Source of the DNA: Candidatus Nanopusillus sp. | GTDB lineage: Archaea; Nanobdellota; Nanobdellia; Nanobdellales; Nanobdellaceae | Length of the DNA stretch: 8,331 nt | Assembly (NCBI GenBank): GCA_028276785.1 | Contig: JAPYVP010000023.1 | Coordinates: 1-8,331 of the forward strand | Reading direction: 5' to 3' | The notes under the pieces: model-generated | Seen by the model: the letters and a program-made list of their open reading frames with translations, nothing else | What the model was told of the DNA's origin: nothing | Databases searched by the model: none | In this document: one piece after another, positions 1-6,808 of the stretch | How positions within the stretch are numbered: the first letter of the stretch is position 1 | Layout: each line of letters opens with the position of its first letter | Translations under genes and position numbers: made by a program

Positions 1-720
1 ATATTTGCAACAAATAGCAGTCTACTTTACTTTGGTCAAGAACCATTGGATGAAACCTTAAATATTAATGGAACAATAATAAATAGGTGTATATATGTAC
101 ATAATAAGGGTATAATTAACCAAAATAGTTGTGGAATAATAACTGGAGTTCAATTATTATTTAATCAATCTATAGTAGAAACATCTGGAATATATCAGAC
201 ATTAAATATAAACAATATTAATCCAGACAATTTAATAGGGGCATATGTATATATTTATAATCCATTAAATAATCAACAATACGCACTTTCATTAAAACAT
301 GTATATATAAACGGACAATTAGTTACATTTAATGATTCCCAATATGATGGGTTATTATATATATCTCCAACCTATTCTTTATTAAGACAGCAAAATCCTT
401 TAGGATTATTCTTATATGCATATCTTATATCACAAAAAGCCACACAATATAATTGGGTACAACTTTACTTTTTAAACAATAATTATAATGGAACATTTGA
501 TCTTGTATTTTATTCAAATTTATTATATGGATTTCCCCCAATAATATATTATGATATTCCACCAGCAAAAGTATGGAAGATAAATTTCCCTGAAAATTTC
601 ACAGTTCCTGACCATTTATATTGTATTTATCTTGCAACAAATATTCAACAAATAAATGAATGTGGAAGGATATATAACTTAGCCTATTATAAGAATTTAA
701 AAAGCTATTATGATGTATAG
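1..720 (+). CDS. Hypothetical Asn/Tyr/Ile-rich, sequon-rich soluble or extracytoplasmic protein, C-terminal part only (5' end lies outside the window)
   Basis: Frame 1 has no stop from nt 1 to the TAG at 718-720, so the TTG at 46 in the ORF track is probably not the true start. No TM segment is visible. Several N-x-S/T sequons are present (NSS, NGT, NQS, NDS, NGT, NFT). The stop overlaps the next gene's ATG by 11 nt, which implies co-transcription with the glycosylation genes. No family recognised with confidence. Confidence 0.55.
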   Translation: MFATNSSLLYFGQEPLDETLNINGTIINRCIYVHNKGIINQNSCGIITGVQLLFNQSIVETSGIYQTLNINNINPDNLIGAYVYIYNPLNNQQYALSLKHVYINGQLVTFNDSQYDGLLYISPTYSLLRQQNPLGLFLYAYLISQKATQYNWVQLYFLNNNYNGTFDLVFYSNLLYGFPPIIYYDIPPAKVWKINFPENFTVPDHLYCIYLATNIQQINECGRIYNLAYYKNLKSYYDV

Positions 721-1720
721 AGAAATTTTAATTGCTATATTACCATTAATATTGTCTTTTTTTATTTCATATTATCTAATAAAAAAGTGGATACCTGTTG
801 CCCATAGAGAAGGATATGTAGGGAAAGATATGAATAAATATAATAAACCAGAAGTGGCAGAAATTGGGGGTTTATATGCGATAATCGGTACAATATTTGG
901 AATACTATTATATATAGGATTAAAAGTATATATATTTGGAACTACACAAAATTTGGTAGAAGTATTTTCGATATTAACACTATTATCATTAACTACAATA
1001 TTGGGATTATTTGATGATATATTAGGATGGAAAAAAGGCATGAAACCTTTACAAAAGGTGATTCTATCATTTATACTAGCATTACCATTAATGATAATAT
1101 CGGCAGGTAACTCATATATTAATCTACCATTTATAGGAGAAGTAAATCTTGGAATACTATATCCATTATTAATAGTACCAATTGTAATAATGGGTACATC
1201 AAATGCTTTCAATATGATCGCTGGATATAATGGTCTAGAAGGGTCTATGGGTATTTTATTAATTGGTGCCGTTGGACTAAAATCATATTTAACTGGTAAT
1301 TACTATTTAGCAGAGATATCTTTGATAACAATATTTTCAATATTAGCATTTCTAATATTTAATTGGTATCCATCAAAAGTATTTCCAGGAAATGCATTTA
1401 CATATGGTATTGGATCCCTATTCGGTGCAATAGTAATATTGGGAAATTTTGAAAAATTTGGATTAGTTTTATTTACATTATATTTCTTAGAATTAATATT
1501 ATTTATTAGAGGATTATTAAATCATGTATATAAAGAAAATTTTGGAATACCTGATGAAAATAATAATTTAAAAGAACCATATAACAAAATATACAGCATT
1601 ACTCATCTTGCTATTAAGATAAATAGAAAATTATTTGGAAAAGCAACAGAAAAGATGGTAGTATATACAATAATTTTATTACAAATTGTAATAACGATAG
1701 CGGCTTTTTCATATGGATAA
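710..1720 (+). CDS. aglH: UDP-GlcNAc:polyprenol/dolichol-phosphate GlcNAc-1-phosphate transferase (PNPT superfamily, eukaryotic Alg7/DPAGT1- and archaeal AglH-like)
   Basis: Polytopic membrane protein of 336 aa. It has the DD motif 'LGLFDDILGWKKGMKPLQK', 'NAFNMIAGYNGLEGS' (compare DPAGT1 NAINILAGINGLE), and 'NWYPSKVFPGNAFTYGIGSLFGAIVILGNFEKF' (compare DPAGT1 NWYP..[12 protein letters not shown]...ILGHFSKT). ATG at 710, with an alternative ATG at 713. Confidence 0.9.
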   Translation: MMYREILIAILPLILSFFISYYLIKKWIPVAHREGYVGKDMNKYNKPEVAEIGGLYAIIGTIFGILLYIGLKVYIFGTTQNLVEVFSILTLLSLTTILGLFDDILGWKKGMKPLQKVILSFILALPLMIISAGNSYINLPFIGEVNLGILYPLLIVPIVIMGTSNAFNMIAGYNGLEGSMGILLIGAVGLKSYLTGNYYLAEISLITIFSILAFLIFNWYPSKVFPGNAFTYGIGSLFGAIVILGNFEKFGLVLFTLYFLELILFIRGLLNHVYKENFGIPDENNNLKEPYNKIYSITHLAIKINRKLFGKATEKMVVYTIILLQIVITIAAFSYG

Positions 1721-3494
1721 TCTAATTTATATTTTTTTAAATAAAGATACAAAAAAATTAATTTATAATATTGAGTTATTATATAATTTTTGTCAAAGAA
1801 ACAATTTGAATCTAATTTGTATAACATATAAAAAATATAAAGACATAGCACTTAAAATAAAAGAGAATTATAACTTAACATTTTATTTATTGGAAAATAA
1901 AAAAGATATCAGAAAATTAAAAATTGAAGGAAATAATATAATAATATACAATAATATAAATAAAAATATTTACGATATATATAGAAAAAGAAAATTCAAA
2001 GATGGGTTTATTGGTTTAATAAGAAAAAAATTCTTAATCTTTCATTTAATAGATTCTTATATAATATTTGGAAAAAACATTAAAATATATGAAAATTTTT
2101 TATTAACATATTTGGGAAATAAAAAATTCTATATAGAAGAAAAATATAAAATTAATAGATTTTTCTTGAAAGAATTATTTATTAACTTAATAATATATTA
2201 TGACAAAATAATTAAAACTTTTAATAAAATATTAAATTTAAAATATTTTAAAGATTACATACATGAAAAAATAGGATTAATAATATACAAAGCTATTACT
2301 TTTTTATTATTAGTTATTTTGGCTAGAATATTAACGGACACATTCTACGGAGCATATGTATCAATATATAATTTCTTAGGATTGATCGCTGGAATAATAG
2401 GATCTTCAAATATAATATTAACAAAATATTTGTCTGAATATAAAGATAATAAATATATTAAAATAGATATATATTTGAAAATTATTTTTTCATTATTTAT
2501 TCTTCTAATTATTTTTATATTTTCTAATTATTTCTTGTCTACAACTTTCTATGGATATAATTTTTCAGATATACTTATCATATATATGACCGCAATATTT
2601 TTGTCTTTGATTGGGGTTTATTTTTCTATATTCTATTCACAACTAAATATAAAATCTGCTAAAAATCTATATATATTAGAGTCTTTACTTAAATTTATTT
2701 TCATAGTTTCTCTATCAATTATAATAAAAAATATTGGTTTCATATTTGGTTTATTTTTATCTTATTTTATTTTAAATTTAATTTATTTATATAAATTAGA
2801 GAAAAACAATATCAATTTTATATCAATATTGAAAGAAAAAATTAATTTAAATGATTTTAAAAAATATCTAAAATCTACTATATTTATTAGTCTACCAGTA
2901 AGTTTACTAGGTTTATATTCTTCAATAAATATACAAATATTAAGGACATTTACAGACTATGATATTGTTGGAGAATTTTACTCTGCATTGATAATTGTTT
3001 ATACATTATCCGGAATATTTACTATAAATAATATAACGTTACCCAGGATATTGAGATGGGAGAAAGAAAAAGTTATTAGAAACATAAATAGACTGCTATT
3101 AATACAATTTCTAATTAATATTATATTAACTGGATTGCTTATATTAATTGGGCCTTATATAATACTATTTACATTTGGGAGTAATTATCAATTATCTGCA
3201 AATATAATAAAATATCTTTCTATTATCTTAATAATAAGTTCATTTAATGTATATACCTTAGTACTGTACAGAAAAGACATGGAAAAATATTATCCAATAT
3301 ATGCAATAACTACTGCCCTAATTTCTATAATTACAGATATTATATTAATATCAAACTTTAAACTATCTGGAGCAATTGCTTCAGCAATATTAGCAAATGT
3401 ATATATTGGATTAATAAGTTATATTATATATGAAACAAAATTCCGTAATATCTCTTCCAGATCTATTTTTAGATATAATTACAAAGAAAATTGA
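1713..3494 (+). CDS. MOP/Wzx-type oligosaccharide (lipid-linked glycan) flippase, about 12 TM, fused to an unrecognised ~186-aa N-terminal soluble domain
   Basis: 593 aa. By eye I count 12 hydrophobic segments from residue ~187 to the C-terminus. TM1 carries the typical polysaccharide-biosynthesis-protein motif 'ARILTDTFYGAY'. The ATG overlaps the aglH stop by 8 nt (ATGGATAA). The next in-frame Met after M1 is around residue 292, so the N-terminal extension is in the same ORF. Confidence 0.75.
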   Translation: MDNLIYIFLNKDTKKLIYNIELLYNFCQRNNLNLICITYKKYKDIALKIKENYNLTFYLLENKKDIRKLKIEGNNIIIYNNINKNIYDIYRKRKFKDGFIGLIRKKFLIFHLIDSYIIFGKNIKIYENFLLTYLGNKKFYIEEKYKINRFFLKELFINLIIYYDKIIKTFNKILNLKYFKDYIHEKIGLIIYKAITFLLLVILARILTDTFYGAYVSIYNFLGLIAGIIGSSNIILTKYLSEYKDNKYIKIDIYLKIIFSLFILLIIFIFSNYFLSTTFYGYNFSDILIIYMTAIFLSLIGVYFSIFYSQLNIKSAKNLYILESLLKFIFIVSLSIIIKNIGFIFGLFLSYFILNLIYLYKLEKNNINFISILKEKINLNDFKKYLKSTIFISLPVSLLGLYSSINIQILRTFTDYDIVGEFYSALIIVYTLSGIFTINNITLPRILRWEKEKVIRNINRLLLIQFLINIILTGLLILIGPYIILFTFGSNYQLSANIIKYLSIILIISSFNVYTLVLYRKDMEKYYPIYAITTALISIITDIILISNFKLSGAIASAILANVYIGLISYIIYETKFRNISSRSIFRYNYKEN

Positions 3495-4302
3495 AATAAA
3501 TAAAAGTACAGGAAACATAAATCAAAAGATCAAATTAAAAATTGGAGGTAATGCTGCAAATTTTTCAATTGCACTAAGTAAAATTGGAATCAAAAATAAA
3601 TTAATTGCTGGATGTGATAAAATTTCTGAATTAATATTTAAACAATATATAAAAGATAAAAAATTAAAGATAAAACTTTTACCAATATATACAGATATTT
3701 CCATTACTATTAGTTTAGAAGGTGATGATAGAATTATGATAACAGATTCAAAAGGCATTCAAATTGGAATTAATGAAATCAAAAAATATGAAAAAATATT
3801 AAAGAAAACAAAATACATATTCTTAGGAAATTGGAATAACAATAAAAAGTCTAATGAACTATTAAAATATATAATTAATTTAAATAAAGATACAAAAATC
3901 TATTTGGATATAGGAGATCCATCAATAAATGTTGAAAATCTAGATGAACTAATTAGAATATTAAGGGAAAATAAAATTTGGGCTCTAAGTTTAAATGATT
4001 ATGAATTAGAATATTTGGGAAATTTCCTTAAATTGAATTATGAAAACATATTAGATCTGGCAAACAAATTATATAAAACATTAAATGTAGAGCATTTGGA
4101 TATTCATTCTCCAGATTTTGTTTACTCTTTACCATCAAAAACATATATAAAAATTGAAAAAGTTAAACCAGTAATATTAACAGGTGCAGGTGATACTTGG
4201 AATGCTGGAAATTTTTACGGATATTTAGAAAATTTAGACGATAAAGATAGATTATTATTTGCAAATGAAATTGCTAAGAGATATATATTAAATGAATTCT
4301 AA
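3430..4302 (+). CDS. PfkB/ribokinase-family carbohydrate or nucleoside kinase
   Basis: 290 aa. It has the N-terminal GG motif 'KIGGNAANFSIALSKIG', an NxxE motif 'SLNDYELEYLG', and the PfkB signature/catalytic base 'LTGAGDTWNAGNFYG'. The only Met upstream of the GG motif is at 3430, giving a 65-nt out-of-frame overlap with the flippase 3' end. Confidence 0.85.
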   Translation: MKQNSVISLPDLFLDIITKKIEINKSTGNINQKIKLKIGGNAANFSIALSKIGIKNKLIAGCDKISELIFKQYIKDKKLKIKLLPIYTDISITISLEGDDRIMITDSKGIQIGINEIKKYEKILKKTKYIFLGNWNNNKKSNELLKYIINLNKDTKIYLDIGDPSINVENLDELIRILRENKIWALSLNDYELEYLGNFLKLNYENILDLANKLYKTLNVEHLDIHSPDFVYSLPSKTYIKIEKVKPVILTGAGDTWNAGNFYGYLENLDDKDRLLFANEIAKRYILNEF

Positions 4303-4305
4303 ATA

Positions 4306-4319
4306 TTTTTATTAAAAAA
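4306..4319. terminator. Shared oligo-T termination region between convergent units (T5 on + after the PfkB gene, T6 on - directly after tRNA-Asp)
   Basis: The + strand reads TAA-ATA-TTTTT (4306-4310). The - strand reads TTTTTT (complement of A6 at 4314-4319) immediately 3' of the tRNA discriminator base. Oligo-T runs are the usual archaeal termination signal, but they are also common by chance in this AT-rich DNA. Confidence 0.5.
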
Positions 4320-4390
4320 CGCCCCCGCCGGGATTCGAACCCGGGTCACGGGATCGACAGTCCCGTATGCTGCCGCTACACCACGGAGGC
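4320..4390 (-). tRNA. tRNA-Asp (anticodon GTC), no intron, CCA not encoded
   Basis: The reverse complement folds as a cloverleaf by hand. Acceptor GCCTCCG/CGGGGGC (one G-U pair); D arm GTGT-AGCGGCA-GCAT; anticodon arm CGGGA-CTGTCGA-TCCCG (anticodon GTC); variable TGAC; T arm CCGGG-TTCGAAT-CCCGG; discriminator G73. About 70% G+C by my count, against an AT-rich background. Confidence 0.95.
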
Positions 4391-4948
4391 TTAATATTTT
4401 CTATTGCTTAATATACTTTTAATTTTTTCTTTAATTTTATTAAATATTTCTTCAGAATAAAATCTTTTATATTCTCTTAATAAATTTATTAATTCCTGAT
4501 TTATATCAATTATTTTATCATCTATCAAATATTGGATAAATTGCGTTAAATTTGAAGGATTATTTTTTAATCTTGCTCTTTCCCAATCTATTAAATAGAT
4601 TTTATTGTCTTTAATAATTATATGTTGATAAGGTCTTCTCATTTCTTCCTTTTCAATTTTTAATCTATCTAATAAAAATAAAATATCCATAATCTTATCT
4701 AAATATTTTATCTTTTCTTTCAAATCTAAATCTTCAAATTTTTTTCCATCAATATATTCCATTTCTATTTCCAAATTTTTATCATTATAAGAAATCATCC
4801 TTGGAACAAAATCATAATTGCTTAAAAAATCTAAAAAATATTTTTCTTTTTCATAATTTTTATATAATTTATCTTTAAATTTTTTTATTATTGTACCTTT
4901 TTCTGTTAAAAAAATTTCGGAATGCCAACCTTCATCTATCTTTTTCAT
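4391..4948 (-). CDS. Small atypical protein-kinase-fold protein (RIO/Bud32/APH-like superfamily; not a canonical Bud32)
   Basis: 185 aa. It has a G-loop-like 'IDEGWHSEIF', a beta3 Lys in 'TIIKKF', a hinge 'MEYIDGKKF', and a metal-binding 'IYLIDWERA' (APH/RIO-like IDxE). The canonical HxD...N catalytic loop is replaced by 'KEEMRRPYQHIII'. The ATG overlaps the thrS stop (ATGA). Confidence 0.6.
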   Translation of the reverse strand: MKKIDEGWHSEIFLTEKGTIIKKFKDKLYKNYEKEKYFLDFLSNYDFVPRMISYNDKNLEIEMEYIDGKKFEDLDLKEKIKYLDKIMDILFLLDRLKIEKEEMRRPYQHIIIKDNKIYLIDWERARLKNNPSNLTQFIQYLIDDKIIDINQELINLLREYKRFYSEEIFNKIKEKIKSILSNRKY

Positions 4949-6315
4949 TCAAATATAAAGTTAAAATCTTCAAATAATCTATATTTCTTATTATTCAATT
5001 CCTCTAATGGTTTTTCAAGTTCTTCAATTAAATCATATAATTCTTCTTCTTTTATTTTCTTTTCTTCTATACTTTTATTACTTATGTTGTAATATCTTAT
5101 TGAATATATATTATTACTTACTTCCTTTTCTCCAATATATATTATAATATATGGTTTATATATTGATTCTAGTATTCTTGTCATATTACTTAATTGGGTT
5201 TTTGTAGTTTCAATATTTACAACCCTAATCTCTCTATTTTTCAAATTATCATAAATTTTCATTGCATATTCTTTTATCCTATTATCTTTCTCTTTATCTC
5301 CAGTAAATATATTTAATATTGCAATCTGGATTGGTGTTAATGCAAACGGTAATTTTCCTTTAAATGATTCTAAATATGCACCAATAAATCTTTCTATAGA
5401 TCCCAAATATGCTCTATGGATTATATACAAATTGTCTATTCCAAAATAATCCTTTACTAATTCAATAAGTTTAAAGTTCCTTGGCAAATTAAAATCCAAT
5501 TGTATAGTACCTAACTGCCATTCTTTTTCTCCAATTTTTAATGTAAAATCATATTTAGGACCATAAAATGCAGCTTCTCCAATTCCTTCATAGATGGAAA
5601 AATTATACTTTTTTGATAATTTATTTATTACACTTCTCATTACATTTTCGACATATTCCCAATCTTCTTTAGAACCGGAATATTCATTCATCTTATTTGG
5701 ATCATGTAAACTTAATCTTACTTTAAATTCTGATGCTTTTAAATTTATATTAAATACTTTTTCATACAATAAGATCATTTCATCTATTAACTTCTCAATT
5801 TCTTTTTCCAATAAGTCTGGAGTAATAAATATATGTGAATCATCTTGAGTAAAGGATCTTACTCTCAACAACCCATAAACACTTCCAGAAGGTTCATATC
5901 TATGTACAGTACCCAATTCAAATGTTCTAAATGGTAATTTTATTTTTCTATATTTTTCTAATAAATTAATGAAAATTAATATATGATGTGGGCAATTCAT
6001 TGGTTTAATTGCAAATTCTTCATCTTCTATATTAAATATATACATATTTTGTTTATAATAGGAAAGATGGCCAGAAATTTGATATAATAGGGTATTTGTA
6101 ATAAATAAAGTTCTTACAATATAATATCCTCTTTTAACATGAAAATCTGTCAATATCTGAGATAATATATTATATGTTAATCCACCACCTAAAGAAAATA
6201 ATTGCAAACCCTTTCCCAAAAGATCACCAAAATTTCTATTTAACTTTTCTATTCTTCTATCATGTTTTATTAATATATCCATTTCATCTCCAATATCTAT
6301 ATGATCTTTTTCCAT
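4945..6315 (-). CDS. thrS: Threonyl-tRNA synthetase, catalytic core plus anticodon-binding domain only (no TGS or editing domain)
   Basis: 456 aa. Class II ThrRS motifs are 'FAIKPMNCPHHILIF', 'LLRVRSFTQDDSHIF', 'IIHRAYLGSIERFIGAYLE', and anticodon-domain 'LPFALTPIQIAIL...IRV...PYIIIYIGEKEV'. The three Zn-ligand positions (C in NCPHH, H in DDSHIF, H in IHRA) are present. The protein starts at 'DHIDIGDEMDIL', which corresponds to the start of the catalytic core in full-length ThrRS. Confidence 0.95.
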   Translation of the reverse strand: MEKDHIDIGDEMDILIKHDRRIEKLNRNFGDLLGKGLQLFSLGGGLTYNILSQILTDFHVKRGYYIVRTLFITNTLLYQISGHLSYYKQNMYIFNIEDEEFAIKPMNCPHHILIFINLLEKYRKIKLPFRTFELGTVHRYEPSGSVYGLLRVRSFTQDDSHIFITPDLLEKEIEKLIDEMILLYEKVFNINLKASEFKVRLSLHDPNKMNEYSGSKEDWEYVENVMRSVINKLSKKYNFSIYEGIGEAAFYGPKYDFTLKIGEKEWQLGTIQLDFNLPRNFKLIELVKDYFGIDNLYIIHRAYLGSIERFIGAYLESFKGKLPFALTPIQIAILNIFTGDKEKDNRIKEYAMKIYDNLKNREIRVVNIETTKTQLSNMTRILESIYKPYIIIYIGEKEVSNNIYSIRYYNISNKSIEEKKIKEEELYDLIEELEKPLEELNNKKYRLFEDFNFIFE

Positions 6316-6336
6316 TAAAAAATATAATTAATAAAT

Positions 6337-6344
6337 TTTATAAA
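6337..6344 (-). promoter_or_regulatory. Putative TATA box for thrS (leaderless spacing)
   Basis: The - strand reads TTTATAAA at -29 to -22 relative to the A of the thrS ATG (6315). It overlaps the TAA stop of the upstream endonuclease subunit gene. The background is AT-rich, so a chance match is possible. Confidence 0.4.
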
Positions 6345-6808
6345 AATATTTCGTTTATTTCATAATAAACTATGTCATTTTCTATATCAATTATTGCCAA
6401 TAAAATTTTATTTAAATTTTTTGAATCTATAAAATCTAAAATATCTTTAATATATAAGAATTCATTTTCATATATTGGGTAAATATAATATAAAATCTTT
6501 TCTTTTTTATAATCTTCATATAAAATGATCGCTTCGTTTTCTATATCTAAATAATATCCTTTATTTCTTAAATCTTCAAATACATAAAATTTTTTCATAT
6601 TTAATATACCTTTATATTTTTTAATGAAATCTAAAAAGTTATTTATCCCCTCCAATTTTATCCATCCTTTTTTTATACAATATAAGGCTTCTTCTGGCTC
6701 TAAAATAATATAATCTTTATCAATTTTTCCTATTCTTCCTATTTTATCATAAAATTCTTTATTTAAAATAAATTTATTATTAAATTCTCTGACTATAATT
6801 TTTTCCAT
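6338..6808 (-). CDS. tRNA-splicing endonuclease, structural (beta-type, non-catalytic) subunit
   Basis: 156 aa with the EndA fold signatures 'LEPEEALYCIKKGWIKL' (compare M. jannaschii EndA 'LSLVEALYLINLGWLEV'), 'FYVFEDLRNKGYYL' (compare 'YLVYKDLRTRGYIV') and the C-terminal 'KILLAIIDIENDIVYYEI' (compare 'KLLIAIVDADGDIVYY', acidic L10-type loop). The GLK(F/Y)G...(R)xY...EHS catalytic segment is absent. Confidence 0.8.
   Translation of the reverse strand: MEKIIVREFNNKFILNKEFYDKIGRIGKIDKDYIILEPEEALYCIKKGWIKLEGINNFLDFIKKYKGILNMKKFYVFEDLRNKGYYLDIENEAIILYEDYKKEKILYYIYPIYENEFLYIKDILDFIDSKNLNKILLAIIDIENDIVYYEINEIFL

Noticed and set aside
772-1212. 146-aa ORF on the - strand
   Set aside because: It is entirely antisense to the strongly supported aglH gene. 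The translation is low-complexity (Ile/Asn/Pro-rich) with no recognisable motif, so it is most likely a shadow ORF.
1603-1851. 82-aa ORF on the - strand spanning the aglH/flippase junction
   Set aside because: It is antisense to two overlapping supported genes, has low-complexity Tyr/Ile/Lys/Phe composition, and has no promoter-like element in register. Treated as spurious.
3722-3728. C-box-like heptamers (GTGATGA at 3722-3728; CTGATGA at 1551-1557; ATGATGA on the - strand at 7118-7112) that could mark C/D box sRNAs
   Set aside because: All lie inside well-supported CDSs and simply encode Asp/Glu-containing peptides. I found no CTGA D box at the expected ~50-70 nt distance, no terminal stem and no local G+C rise such as the tRNAs show.
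3522-3758. 78-aa ORF on the - strand
   Set aside because: It is antisense to the conserved N-terminal part (GG motif region) of the PfkB kinase. No motif is recognisable, so it is a shadow ORF.
5594-6365. Two + strand ORFs (5594-5848, 84 aa; 6174-6365, 63 aa)
   Set aside because: Both are antisense to thrS and the thrS-endonuclease junction. Both are short, low-complexity and have no recognisable features.
6793-6808. A6 run (GGAAAAAATT on the - strand, 6804-6799) inside the endA alpha/beta overlap; a -1 shift here would fuse alpha to beta into a two-unit polypeptide
   Set aside because: The beta frame is indeed -1 relative to alpha, but the site is not a proper X-XXY-YYZ heptamer in the alpha frame and I can see no downstream stimulatory structure. 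A6 runs are also ubiquitous in this AT-rich genome, and beta has its own ATG. Worth only a glance in proteomics data.
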